Shown here one piece after another: positions 21,891 through 34,624 of a DNA stretch of 64,000 bases; positions within the stretch are counted from its first letter, which is position 1; each line of letters opens with the position of its first letter. The notes beneath the pieces were generated by a model. It searched no databases and was not told the origin of the DNA. It was given only the letters and a program-made list of their open reading frames with translations. A program made the translations under genes and the position numbers. This stretch comes from Catajapyx aquilonaris (taxonomy: Eukaryota), in assembly GCA_000934665.2 (NCBI GenBank), contig KZ538539.1, positions 1 through 64,000 on the forward strand, written 5' to 3'.

Positions 21891-23094
21891 TACCAAATGT
21901 AATTTAGATTGGTATTATGCCATACTGTCCACAATATTTAAAGCATGTGGCATAATGCCCTCGTGCATAACTGCAAGCAAGAATATCTCGACTTCTTAAG
22001 CCAATTCATCCATACCCTATGAAAGATGAGTCCCCCTGAATACCAGTTATATCAGATACACACTTTTTGGATACAAGAGTAAATCCCACGTGGAAGTTTT
22101 GGATTGGCAATGACTGCATTCAAGATTGCTAAATAAAACCACGTGTAGATAAGTCATGCTGCCTCATGCACATGATTGTAGTGATCAATCAGATGTAATA
22201 ATTTGACAATTTATATATGAATCCAAGAATCATCATCATACATGGAGAAGCACAAAACAGTATTGTCTCAGTGTTACCAATGCAGAGAATTCCTAATCCA
22301 ATCAAGCTGGGTGCACACAACACCAGCACTAGCACTGTGAAAGAAGAGCTACTCATAGATCTGGAACCTTTTGTGGTGAAAGTGTACAAGAGCAGGCCAG
22401 CACTACACAAAATCTGGAAGTGATAATACTACGACTGATGTGCCAGAGAGCTCACTGGAAGCTGGAAAGTGTGTCACTTCTCAGCCTGTCTGGTAAGTTT
22501 TATGTAAGCACTGGATTTCAGGTTTGAAGCAGAGCATACAAATATCTGGTAACAGAGTTACAAAAGCTATCAGACAGGCCCTTGGGGAGACATTCTAGTG
22601 TGCGATTTGTAATCCCTGTATCACATGACATCACAGACAACTGGACAATTATTTTTTTCGTGGCACAGGCACGTCACTCAGTCCATTTCATTGTGCAGCA
22701 CCAGATGCATGCCACAAAAGTGTAGACCCAGCACTCAGGGGAAGAGCTGGGGAAACACCAGGTCGTGTTGAGAATTGCATAAAAATTTATTGCACTCCTA
22801 AAGTGACACAATTTCCTACAGATAAAAAGGATCACGTTTGTTGTTGGACAAAGATGTGACATCTTCTCTCAGCATTCAATTCTTGACTCACAGTAACAGA
22901 TTTAACCTTGAGGAGGCAAGGAAGGAATTCTCTGCACATTGCAATAATAAGACTTACATGCAGCTGCCCTCTAAAATAGGGTTTACATTGTTTTCAACCC
23001 TTCCCCCAGTGACACACGGTTTGATTAGAATACAGGTCAAGCCAATGCCTGTCATGCTTTTCTGGTCAATTTAATACTTTCAGCTTAATGTAGC

Positions 23095-23972
23095 TCATAC
23101 GTCCTGCACCCGAATGTTGGGGTTGTTTCGTGGGTCCAATGCTGGGTCATCGCTAATGCTGGAGTTTCCACGTCCCCAAACTGCAAGGATTATGAGGGCT
23201 CCAAAGCCCAAGATCAAGGCAATGGCTACCAATCGACGCCAACGTAGCATCATCCCAGGTCGTCTAGGTCCGAATGAGCTGGCCCACCAACGCCACATTG
23301 GGCTGCAAGCACGGCGCCGTTGACGGTACTTGTCTTCATCACGATCAGACAGGAATGAAGCGTCAAAAAGGTTAGTGGAATTAGAGGAGGAAGGTGAGAT
23401 TATTGTTGGATTAGGAGAAGCAAGAGTGCTAACAGACGATTGGTGATCATGGCGACGAGGCGCTGGGGCTGAAAAAGCAATGCAATAAAATTTTAAGACA
23501 TGAGACATGAATGTCACTGGAGGTAGCAACAACAGTCTAAATGAAACTCTTTGGTTAGTACTGGGAAATAATTTATACATATTTTTGCTGAAACTGCTCA
23601 CCATAGTGCAAATGCTCACCTTGTGTTGTAGGCAGGAATGTTGCTGGCACTGTTTTCATGTGCTGGTTCTGAACAGGTGATGGTGCCTTGGTAACTGCAG
23701 GTTCATCCAACTGCAATATTAGTGCACAGATAAGTTTCATCAACTGCTATTGGTAACTCTGGTCTAACCAGTGGCAAGCCAAGTCCTGCCCTTGCCCAGG
23801 GTCTAAGTGCCAAGCCTTCCCGAAGCTTATCTGCTACAGGTGAAAGCAAGTTGGATGGGGCAAAGAGAGGGTGGAGACATGCAGGGCACTTGAATCCAGC
23901 TGGGGCTGTGGTTGGGGGAAGGCTTGCAGCCAGGTTGTCCAGGCAACTCCAATGGAACACATCTGCAATGGA

Positions 23973-24017
<45 letters not shown>

Positions 24018-25018
24018 AACTACAATTAAACAACAGAAGAGCACCCAACCAATTGAAGGTGACAGGGTCGATATTTGAACCCTGGACCTCCTGCTTGGCT
24101 GGCCAGTGGCATAACCACAAAACCAACATGTCCCCAAACCTTATAACTGTGACCCTTTTAAATTTTGGATGGATCCAGGAGGAAGCACTTACGGTAACAC
24201 ACCAGTCGAGCACACTCTGCTTCAGCTAGGTTGTGCTTGCAAAGCGTGCACTCGGTGCTATAGTCAGAATCCTGTAGCCAGTGGATGTAGGACTGCACTA
24301 TACACTGCAAAACATTGATGGAATATCTTGTCAAATGAATATTTTTTAAGTCAGACATAATATAAAAATTGTGTAATGAAGGAAAGAAGCAACCAGCTGT
24401 AATACATATTTGTTCATTCTGTGACGGTGTTGATTACCCAGTTTACTACCCAAAGCAAAAAAAATTGTTGATATATCCAGTTACATAATATAATTTACAG
24501 AATGCCATTTATTCCACATTCCACTTTACCACGCTATACCGGTACGCTATACCCAATGTTAATTACAAACATCAGGTATCGGTAATGGTGAGTGTTAATA
24601 CTTGATATCGAAACCTGCCTATAATGGATTTTGTATGCAGAGGAAAACTTGTCTAATACGTAAGTTTTACTTGGTTCGGGGACAGTGACTTTCTGTATTT
24701 CTGTCACATGCTCAATGCTCAACTTGCTCATGATTTAAAATTTCAATGAAATGGCATGATTCCACTACACGCGTTTCACTGTAACACATGCCCCTTATTG
24801 GGACACACTTCCTATCCCTTGTGGCAATCATTATCAAACTGTCCATAAAAGCAAAGCCATAAAGAAATGACATCAATATTCAAACACAACAGTGTGCCCC
24901 ATCATCCCACAATTACCTTCGGGTGGCTGGCAACCATACAGTGCTCACAAACATTGACCCTGTGTTCGAAGCAGAACTGGTTGGTCACCTTCCTCTTGGG
25001 ACACTTGCACAGGCCCAT
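23095..25018 (-). CDS. ZFPL1: Zinc finger protein-like 1 (Golgi membrane zinc-finger protein), 290 aa
   Basis: Exons 25018-24917, 24304-24193, 23962-23769, 23710-23620, 23468-23095; GT-AG, phases consistent, 873 nt. Starts [27 protein letters not shown], then [56 protein letters not shown], a hydrophobic TM segment and [15 protein letters not shown]. Confidence 0.96.
23973..24016. repeat. (ATT)n microsatellite next to the ZFPL1 intron 2 acceptor
   Basis: Direct read; about 14 units ending about 10 nt from the acceptor AG. Confidence 0.95.
24035..24135 (-). mobile_element. SINE head fragment (family E)
   Basis: CTGGCCAGCCAAGCAGGAGGTCCAGGGTTCAAAT matches the head of the copy at 60106-60417. 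Confidence 0.65.
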
Positions 25019-26217
25019 GGCAATCAGTTCTTCGTGTATCTGTGATCCAGTTCTAGCATCTGTCTATCATCAGCCTGATAATCGTCTGCTATCCACAGCC
25101 TGCCTAGTACATTGACACACCTTCGGTCAGATCCAGAGTCCGGCAGCCGTTCTCCGGGTTTCAGAATCTACACTTTGTACAGTTGAGTCATGGCCGTGTG
25201 CGAAGGGGCCACGTCGCACATCGCACTCGGCGAGAGGGTGAGACTGGCGGGCAGGAGTGGCGGGGCAGTCTGATGCCAATTCCGGAAGTCTCAGGTAAAG
25301 TCAACCAACCAATGGCAAGTACGCACCGACGCCCACAGAGGTCTCTGCGGTCCCTTATTGGTGAAGTCGGGTGAAGTCGGGGTGAAGTGGTTAAACATGG
25401 TTTTAAATGAAATTATTTTATCACCAAAGATTTTAAACTTATGTGATAGAGGCATAATAGTTCTGGACCAAACCAAAATAGTCTGCTCTTTATGCTTGGC
25501 TCATAGATGGCGACACTCACCCCCCCCCCCCCCCCAGTCACTCCCTATACCAGTAAGTGAGCTTAGCTGATCTCCACCACCGAGGGGGATTAGCCACGGT
25601 CGGCGCTATAATCACTTACCGAGATGGTGGCGCCTTACCTAGCGGGGCAATTTTGAACCCTTTTCGTCGACTCCGATTGGCTGGCCTCCATGGGCCACAA
25701 TATGGCGCTCCACATGAGGCCTTTCAACTCCAGCCAATCGGAGTCTACCAAAAGGGTTTGGAATTGGCCCGCTAGGTAAGGCGCCACCATCTCGGTAAGT
25801 GATTCTAGCGCCGACCGTGGCTAACCTCCCTCGGTGGTGGAGATCAGCTAAGCTCCCGGGGTGCTCCCGGGAAAAGAGGGAGAGTGACTGGGGGGGTGGC
25901 GACACTGGACACTATACCGACAAGCCATGCCATCGGTGTGCTGTTTGACGAAGATCCGATGAAGATGATCTGCTGGTACCGGTAGACCACGCGGTAGACT
26001 GACCATTGAGACCAGATTGAGACCGACACACCATCTTGCATTGTAGATCCTCCGTTTGTCCCTGTGCCGGTCAAAGAAGTTGGGGGTGTCTCTGAAAGAC
26101 CGAGTGTGAATCACAGCCATAGGAGTCAAAAGGTAAGGTAAAAATGTGGACAGAAGAGTGGAGTAGCTGTGTGGCGATCAACTTCATTCGTTCTTTTCCA
26201 TAGGCAAAATAGCAGCC
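25019..26217. promoter_or_regulatory. Shared divergent promoter region of ZFPL1 and TRAX
   Basis: Start codons are 1.2 kb apart head-to-head; CpG-rich; CCAAT boxes near 25277 and 25309, TTCCGGAAG near 25280, three GGTGAAGT repeats at 25360-25389. Confidence 0.6.
25518..25898. mobile_element. Foldback MITE with 8-bp TSD (hAT- or P-type) in the ZFPL1/TRAX promoter region
   Basis: Termini CACCCC..CAGTCACTC / GAGTGACTGGGGGGGTG; perfect TSD GCGACACT at 25510-25517 and 25899-25906; long internal arms. Confidence 0.9.
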
Positions 26218-29200
26218 ATGCACCGTGGAGGTAGAGGCGGGAGGGGAAAATCAAACAAGCATGCAGCCTTGTCTGAGGAGATGGATGACTCAAGTGCGGT
26301 TACCACAACATCAGAGAGAGATGATTACAGCAAGAGGCCCATTCTGGCCATGTTCCAGTCTCTAGCGCAAGAACTAGATGCCAAGCATGATCGACATGAG
26401 AGGCTGGTCAAAATGAGCAGGGATATTACTATTGAGAGCAAGAGAGTAATCTTTTTGCTACACCGCGCAGGAAGGTAACATGCATTGTGCAAATTACACA
26501 GTTCTCCTGGGGGCTGTTTTTGCTCCCTCTCCAGGAAGATGGAGAGGGGGCGTGGCCTCTCCCCGAGCGTTTTTGGTGCCTCTCCAGAAAGTTGGAGAGG
26601 GGTGGAAGAGACTTTCTGGAGAGGGGGCTGGAGCGGAGGGAGGGTGGGGAGTGGGTGAAGGTTTAAGAATTAAACCTCACCAAGGAATTGGTTGCGGAAT
26701 CAAACCTCCTTGGGCCCAGGGCCCTCGCCTCGCGCTCTTCTCAACTGTTTTGAGTGCCTTCTCCCCTAGCTACACCATTCCGCCCGTTTTTGGGTCTAAT
26801 AGTGGAGAGGGGGGATGTGGGGGATATTCCGGAAGCCCCGCCCTCTTCCACCTCTCCTCTCCATCTTCCTGGAGAGGGAGAAAAAACACCCCCCTGATTA
26901 TCCGGGTGGGGATTATCTCTGCATTGCCAAAATATGAAATTTAAAATGAAAATCCGAAAAAATATCTGTGTCGCCAATGAAGAAATATAACAGACTTTTT
27001 CTAGAAGTGAAACTAAAATCTGTGGTCAGTTTTATTATTTTGATTAAATCTTATTTAAAGCAGCAAGTACACTATGTACAGTAGTACATTAAAAACCTCT
27101 AATGAGTAGCTCATTTTGATGGTATCTTGGACCATTCTCGGATTATCCATGTTTTCCAATTATTTGGTGACACCTTTGCATTCATTAGCCTGGAAAACGG
27201 GGAGTACAGTGTATTATAAAGGGGGGTGATATCTATCTTTGATTGTGAGATCCTAGGAAGCAGGGGGAATGAGCAATCAGCTTGGCAGGCTGACTAAATC
27301 ACTGCTACCCCCAGCCCCCCGCAACTTCCTATCTAGCCATACGGGGAAGGCTGTGCGCTTAGCTGGTTCGCTATCCCCGGATGTAGCATGTAGAGCCCTG
27401 TATCAAGTCGCATTCGGGGGGGACATCTCTGAACCGTTCCGAACCTACCTATATTGTTAACTCCCAATCAGTTCCTGTTTGCAGAACCAGCCATAAGCAA
27501 TTTGGACAGTTCCAATTGGGGGCTGATGGTTGGATCTGCAAACAGGAGCTGATTGGAAGTTGACAATATAGGTAGGTTCGGAACGGTTCAGAGATGTACG
27601 CCAGAATGCATTTTGATACAGGGCTCTACATCCGGGGTTAGCGGACCAGCTAAGCGCACGGGAAAAGAGAGCTAGTTGCTGGGAGCTGGCTACCCCCATC
27701 AACCTGGTCACTCATGACTCCTCTGTGTTCTGGGACCCCATAATTGAGAATAGAAATCACCAGGAGAGAAGCTTGCATACTCCTGATCCATGCAACGTGC
27801 AGTAGCTTCAGTACAGTTAGGTTATTCGTATTAGACTAAGTTTTGCAGATAATTTTGCCCATATAAATAATATCTAATGGATGGAGGGCAATTCTAGTAT
27901 ATGACATGGACTGCTGTTGCAATAGTACATGCAACAAGGGGGTAACCACTTCAGTACTCTGGTGTACACCTGCCAGTGGTACTCCAGGTACTCCTTAGGT
28001 ACCTTACTCTTTGGTACTCCTTGGTATTCCTTGAATTTGGTACTCCAGTGTACACTTTTCAGTCGAGTGGTTACTCCCTTGACATGCAATGAATTAGGAG
28101 GATTCCAGACATTTAAAATTGAGAAAAAAATGTGACAGAAAGCATGAAATTCACTGTAACAAACTAAGGTCCAGATGATTGCATGTAATCATGTTGTACG
28201 ACTGAATTGCTGCACACATTTGAGAACACTTTTGCACTAGTGTCTTACACAATGTTTTTTGTGAGGCAACATTTTTGTAGTGTTTACACTAGGACTAGGT
28301 GGTATGCCATGCTATGGCATGGTCAGAAATAGGCCTAGTATGGTTTAATTAGTGCAGTACTGTAGTAGAATAAGCCAATTAGGTACACGAAGGAAAGCCA
28401 TGTGGCTATGAGGACGGGGGAGGTGCACAAGATTGAAGGAATAGGTCTTTTTCTCTAGGACAGCTTGGTGGTGTAGTGCCTTCCATCTCTGAGGTCCTAC
28501 CAGGAGATTTTACTAAATTTCCACTGACTTGTGTGTAAACTCAATTCCGATGCACATGGTATACAGGGTGGTCCACCTAACTTTATACAGGCGCTCAGGT
28601 CTGCACTGTTGCCAATCATGTCAAGTACGTCAGATGGAAGTTGTAGGTTGTCAAGGGGGACATAAGATGCATGCAATGAAATTCAGGTGACTTAAATATC
28701 ATTAAAGATAATGGGGGGAACCTGTTTATTTCAAGTGCTATGCCAAAATTGCAAATGCAAGACTGGCAGTGCATGTCTTCAGGAATACAGTCCGCTACTC
28801 ACTGACACAGATGAAACCAAAAATAATGTACAAATGGTATTTTGCCAGTTCCCAATCACAGATACAGTTAGATGAACAACAGGATGAAGAGTGGGCAAAG
28901 CGAACGATGGATTACTGTCCACGATGTCAGATATAAGTTCAAATCAGATCAGACAGTCTGTCAGTGAGTAGCGGACTGTATTCCTGAAGACATGCACTGC
29001 CAGTCTTGCATTTGCAATTTTGGAATAGCACTTGAAATAAACGGGTTGCCCCCATTATCTTTAATGATATTTAAGTCACATGAATTTCATTGCATGCATC
29101 GTATGTCCCCCTTGACATCCTACAACTTCCATCTGACGTACTTGACATGATTGGCAACAGTGCAGACCTGAGCGCCTGTATAAAGTTAGGTGGACCACCC

Positions 29201-32200
29201 TGTATACGTATGTAATAGGTAAATCAAATGAAACCTGTTCTTGGCATCTGGAGCGATTACTGTTGAAACTTGAAACTTGCACCACAGCGAGATACTTGCA
29301 GATACCTTTTAAATGCACAGGTAAGAGCCTGCGCACATACCAAGAACGCTGCCGCAGCCAATCCAAGATGGCGTGCGCACTGTCGAGCGTGCCCAAGCGG
29401 CAGCAGCGCATTTTTATTCAATTTCTGATGGCCGAAGGCAATAGACCCACGGAAATCTATCGGAGGATGCTTACGGTGTACGCTGCCAGCTGTGTGACAA
29501 AGACTCCCAGCCGTTGAATAGTTCAGGATTCCGAGATGGCAGACAATAATTCACTGCTGACCTTCCCCGACCAGGCCAGGCCAGGCCCACAATCACACCT
29601 GCCATTATTACACGTGTGCACCAGCTGATAAGGGGGGATTGTGGATACAGCTTGCTTACTTGGAAGCACCTTACACCATAAGCATCCTCTGATGGGACCG
29701 AAGCAGTAGTGGTGGAGTGGATATGGTGTCCGACTGCTAATCAGGAGGTCCTGGGTTCGAGTCCCGGAGGCTGGCGATCCTGACCTTGGTTTTCTGTGGT
29801 TTTCCAAGGTCACCCCAGGATCGGGATCCGGGATCGTACCATAGAATAGGCCACAGCTGCTTCCTTCCTTTCCCTGCCCTGGAGGGGGTGCGGTGTCGGG
29901 GGGGGGGATTCTGGCCCGCGCCTAGGGGGGGTGTCTCAAGCCTGGCCCCCTGAGGGACTGCACACGGCCCCCACCACAAGACAATGCACTGCACCACTGT
30001 CCCTCCCTCTTTATCACTTCCCTGTCCCCCGCACCGGAGAGAAATTAATAACATGCAGAAGTAATTTCGCATAGAAAACTGAGGCGATCTCCCCCTGTAC
30101 ATTGACCACTAGGTATCAAGGGGGTACCAAAATAAATAAATAAATAAAATAAGCATCCTCTGATGGATTTCTGCGGGTCTATTGCCTTCGGCCATCAGAA
30201 ATAGAATAAAAATGCGCTGATACCGCTTGGGCACTCTCGACAGTGCTCACACCATCTTGGATTGGCTGCGGCGGCATTCTTGGTATGAGCACGCAGGCTC
30301 TTACCCATGGATTTAGAAGGTATTGGTACTATCTTGCTGTGGTAGAAATTTCAATCCCTGCGTTCAGTAGTATCCTCTCTAGACGCCAAGAACGGGTTTC
30401 ATTTGATTAATCCTAATAGTTGCAGACTGTACAATGTGAGTTGGTCACATTATAGAAAACTGCATAATGGGGCTGGAGGCTTGGTATTACTAGTCTTGCC
30501 AGAGTATGTGAAGGTATTTTCATGATAAATACATGCGCATTAAATGCTTGCATGCAACAATATGCCTGGAGAAAAAAACCTGGGGACTATCTTGCTCTCT
30601 AACTTGGGGGTGTAGGAAAAGGGAGATGAATAAAGCTGAAAATCACTTGGTTGTACTTTTCTAGGTAGTCCTTATAAAAAGGTGCACTCTCAAAGAAGTA
30701 ATTGAAAGCCATAGGACAGTTACAGACATGATATTGTGATATCCAAAGAGCATAGGACCACTATCAATCTTCTTCGCCTCCACTTACAAATCATTGGTAT
30801 TGATTCGAAAGTTTTTCAGCTCACCTGAGCACTCAGTGGCACGTGTGACATCAGATGCCCGCAAACGTCTTCGCCACCTGAGCCAGAACATTTGGTTCGG
30901 TGTGGCAAAGGAGCTTCGTGGGCAGGATCTGCACCAATTCCTTCGTGCTGTCAGCCCTGGGATGCAAGAGTATGTGGAGGCCTGCTCACTATTACACTAC
31001 CTCTGTTGGGAGATGTCTCAAGGAGAAGGGAAGATAGGAGGCAGTTCCATTCCAACTCTGCCAGAGCTACAGGATACTCTCACATTTAACAAAACTGGGA
31101 GCACTGATGAGGCAGTGGAAGAACACTCTGTGGAAATGCCAGCCACAGAAGCTCTGCTAGGACTGGCTGACATATCTGGGGAGCTCATGCGTGCTGGTAT
31201 ATCTGCACTAGGTGCAGGGCAGCCGGATCGCTGCAAGACTGCCTGCACTGTCTTGAGGGAAATATACAAGTAAGCTGATTATATGCTACTCTTGTACTTA
31301 GCTCATTCAACCATGTCAAAGCAAAAGGCATTTTTCTTCAGTGTGTGCACTTTTCATCACTTTTAAAGGTCTATTCCGGCAAAAGAATGTGAATCACCTC
31401 ATTGTTTGAAAGTTACTCCTGAAAGACCTAGAGCAGCGGTCCCAACTAGGGTGTCACGAAAATTCTGCATTTCATATACGAGGCGCGTCCAGAAAGTACG
31501 TTCCGTTTTTAAAATGAGAAAAACCACAATGCACTCCCAGAATTTTTATTTACACATCTGAAATCGACAACTGTCTACTTTTTTTCAAAATAGTTTCCAA
31601 ACAAATCGAGGCATTTTTCATTGAGTTACACAATATTTTGTGTGCCTATGTCATGAGGTCTGCCGCCAGCCATTTCCGTAATCCCTGAACACTGGATTGC
31701 AACTTTGCAAGACATTTCATCCTGTCCATGGACAGGTGGTAATCGCTAGGCTCTAAATCCCAGGCGATCAAAAAATTCTCACTTGAATTGTTGCGGCAGG
31801 GTTCCAGTAAGCAAGGCAGTATGCAGGGGGGCATTGTCGCGCAAGAAAACACCCTGAAATTCAATATACATTACATTTCTTGTGAATTGCTGCTTACTGG
31901 AAAGCTTCCCACATCTCTTCTTCCTGGCATCACGAAACCTGTGCAGCAGGCCAGAGTAGGACTCCCCATAGACAATCGTGTTTTAATCCTTGAAGTCTAT
32001 CAGTAAGATTCCTTTGGAATCCTGAAGATAAGTCACCATGGTCTTCTTGGTCGACCGGGTCACTCGGTCGCTTTTCACCCGCCCTATGCCATTTCACTAA
32101 TTCTCTTTTTGATAAAGGCTAATAGTACAGTACCATAGTTACATCTGTGACGATGGACTCCAGTACTTCATTCTGTTTGCCATGGCGAAGGTCCGAAAAC

Positions 32201-33618
32201 GTTTCGCAACAGGTTACACATTTTTGCTTTTTAATTGCTGACAGAAGTCGAGGCACCCATCTTGTGCTGACCTTTTTCATGTGGAGGTGTTCATGAATCG
32301 TGAGAGAAATGGTGGTGTCTGAAAGCCCCAACCTTGCTAAGAGTTCCTCCACCTCCAAGGGCCTGCTTGCAGCACCTACTCCACAAGAGAGACGGTCTCT
32401 GCTGTCAGCACCTCCACGGGCCGAAAGTCGCATAGCTCGCCTTCATTGCTCTCTCAGCCCAAACGAAATTGCTTAGCCCATTTATTCATGGTGGAATATG
32501 AAGAGGAAGCTTTACCATACACACCATCCAAGCCCTATTTAATAGACATGGTAGTAAGGCCTTCCTAAGGTGAAGAACTTGATCACTCTCGATATTCGAT
32601 TTTCACCATATTGCAACTCGTCTGACTACAGTTGATTTTTATAAGAGACTGAGTGACGTTGCCGGGTGAAACTTGTACATTCCTCCGCTCATAGTTGGGA
32701 CTACCTGACACTATAGTTGTTTTATTTCTATCACCCCTGGAACATAGTCAGGCCGGAAACTTTTGGCGCCTACCTTGTACCTATCAACTGCATCATAAGT
32801 TTGAGATTTCTTTACCCCTCCTGAACATGTCAGTGCAGAATCAGGAAAAGATCATCAAAATTTCTACAAATGGAAGTTTGAAATTTGAAAAAACCCTTAT
32901 GAACTTTTGGGCTGAAAAAATGGAAGACTATCTGGGCCTGGCAACCAGTGCTCTGAAGGAGCCTACTTAATACCATTTTCTAACTGCCTAATATTATGTG
33001 AAGCTGTTTTTTTGGCATCAACTTTCACGAAAACTAAGGACGGTATCGTCATCGACTCTGTGTTGAGAAAGAGGTCAGTATTAACCATTAGTGTGAATGA
33101 GTACAAACTGTCTTGACATATTTGAAAAGAGGTATGCGACAAAAAAAAGTTTGGGAACCACTGACCTAGAGGAAGGGTTTGAGCCTTTGGAAGACAGTTC
33201 CAAAAACCAAAAATGAATTATTTGAATACAATCATGATGAGTCTGTCAAATAGACAACAAGGTTCTTTTTTGAAACAAGTTAATTACAGAAGTGCCTTGA
33301 GCATTGGCAAGGATGAATTGTGTTTGATAGACCTTGACAAGGTTGCAAACTACTTGCTAAATCTTTTTCCTCCTTGTAATTGTCAGGGGTTTCCTGAGTG
33401 TGAATGGGATGCCAGGTAGTCCAGCTGAATTGGGACGCAAAACAATTTCTGTCCGCCAAAGCCTCCAGAAGCTTGAGACTGCTTGGTGTGCAGTGAAGCT
33501 TCGGACCATGGAATCCACATCACTGGGGCAGGAGAACAAAGGATTTGCAACTCTGCCCATTCTAAAGCTCCTTCCTCTTCCATCAGTGTCAAAGAGTATA
33601 GATGAAGATGAAGGATGA
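26218..33618 (+). CDS. TSNAX: Translin-associated factor X (TRAX), catalytic subunit of the C3PO RNase, 312 aa
   Basis: Exons 26218-26474, 30820-31269, 33387-33618; phases 2/2 consistent, 939 nt. Motifs [54 protein letters not shown] (acidic catalytic residues retained) and RQSLQKLE. Probable 5'UTR intron 26133-26203. Confidence 0.95.
26507..26896. mobile_element. MITE just after TRAX exon 1
   Basis: CTCCCTCTCCAGGAAGATGGAGAGG mirrored by CCTCTCCATCTTCCTGGAGAGGGAG; internal GGAGAG repeats. Confidence 0.7.
27225..27761. mobile_element. Foldback MITE in TRAX intron 1
   Basis: Core arms 27353-27493 and 27526-27659 (ACATCTCTGAACCGTTCCGAACCTACCTATATTG); degenerate outer arms. Confidence 0.8.
28564..29202. 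mobile_element. Tc1/mariner foldback MITE with about 240-bp near-perfect TIRs
   Basis: CAGGGTGGTCCACCTAACTTTATACAGGCGCTCAGG...; arms 28564-28806 and 28960-29202; TA TSD. Confidence 0.92.
29215..30416. mobile_element. Foldback made of two inverted mariner 5' ends, interrupted by a SINE
   Basis: Left arm encodes [38 protein letters not shown] from ATG 29368 (mariner N-terminal HTH); inverted copy at 29672-29695 plus 30167-30416; TA flanks. Confidence 0.8.
29696..30148 (+). mobile_element. tRNA-derived SINE, family A
   Basis: B box GGTTCGAGTCC; (TAAA)n tail; 18-bp TSD ATAAGCATCCTCTGATGG (29678-29695, 30149-30166). Confidence 0.9.
31434..33163 (+). mobile_element. Decayed hAT (Buster/Charlie-type) element in TRAX intron 2
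   Basis: Termini CAGCGGTCCCAA / TTGGGAACCACTG; 8-bp TSD ACCTAGAG; transposase C-terminal relic [23 protein letters not shown] near 32890-32960. Confidence 0.85.
31479..32777 (-). pseudogene. Decayed mariner transposon nested in the hAT element
   Basis: WVPRLL motif, [11 protein letters not shown] (degenerate first catalytic D region), DNAPLH and DLEPSDYHL relics split by frameshifts; TA-flanked imperfect TIRs. Confidence 0.85.
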
Positions 33619-33846
33619 GCCACAAATATGCTTGGAATGACGAAAGAAGTACTATTTCTGCAGTCCTGGAACTCTCCATACCAGTCGTTCCCAAACTTGG
33701 GATCGCAAAGATAATACAGTGACCCCTCTCCATAACACCCTGAGTATAGCAGAATCCTCTGACGGCCCAGTTGAAAACCATGTATCTTGGCTTTTCGTCA
33801 TTTTGTGATATTCGCGTTTGAAGTTTGTTGTTTTCATTATCGTGTA

Positions 33847-34289
33847 CAGGGTGAAGGAAAACTCACAGACAATTGCCAGGTAGACTGATAGTACTCGTAA
33901 AACTAATATAGGGATGTGCAATTAGTTTTTGGCTCCATTGTGTAGTTAATATGTACGGCGCCTTTTGAGTGTAGAGGGCTGGATGCTAAAATATGAGGTA
34001 AAAAGGACAAAGTGAACAGGTGTCATACCCAGATTCTTACTCTGACGGGATTTGATCGCCTATTGCACATGTACGATGCGTTAGGGGACCAAGGCCGGAT
34101 TATTTGAGGCCCTCGAGCTGACTTTTGCTTCTTTGAGACTGGAGGAGCAGATGTGACGTCACAAAACTTTAAAGGCGCCTTACACATTAACTATGCAACG
34201 GCACCCAAAACGAATTGCACATCCCTATATTAGTTTTTGGAGTACTATCAGTCTACCTGGCGATTGTCTGCAAGTTTCCCTTCACCCTG
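33847..34289. mobile_element. Tc1/mariner MITE about 230 bp downstream of the TRAX stop
   Basis: CAGGGTGAAGG..CCAGGTAGACTGATAGTACTC arms of about 118 bp; TA TSD. Confidence 0.88.
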
Positions 34290-34624
34290 TATATGGAAGT
34301 GCATGATTTCAATTGGCCAAAACTTCGCAAGGGTTGCTCTTACAATTATGGGCTTTTGTACCAAAAGGTGTGGCTTGCCAAGAGGAGTGCAATGGTGCAT
34401 TTATCTCCATTTACGTGATTTTCGAAGAGACGGGGTTTTCACTTGGGCCTTCAGGCCTGTCCATTGTGGAATGTCATCTGGGAATGGACCTATGCAATGT
34501 ATTTTTTAACAGCTATAATGCTAGACATGGCCTGTACATAAATCATTACTTCCGTGTCACGCCACCTTTTTACTGAGCAATTAAACACATTTCCCTAAGG
34601 AATGACTTATTTGTTGCACTAGAG

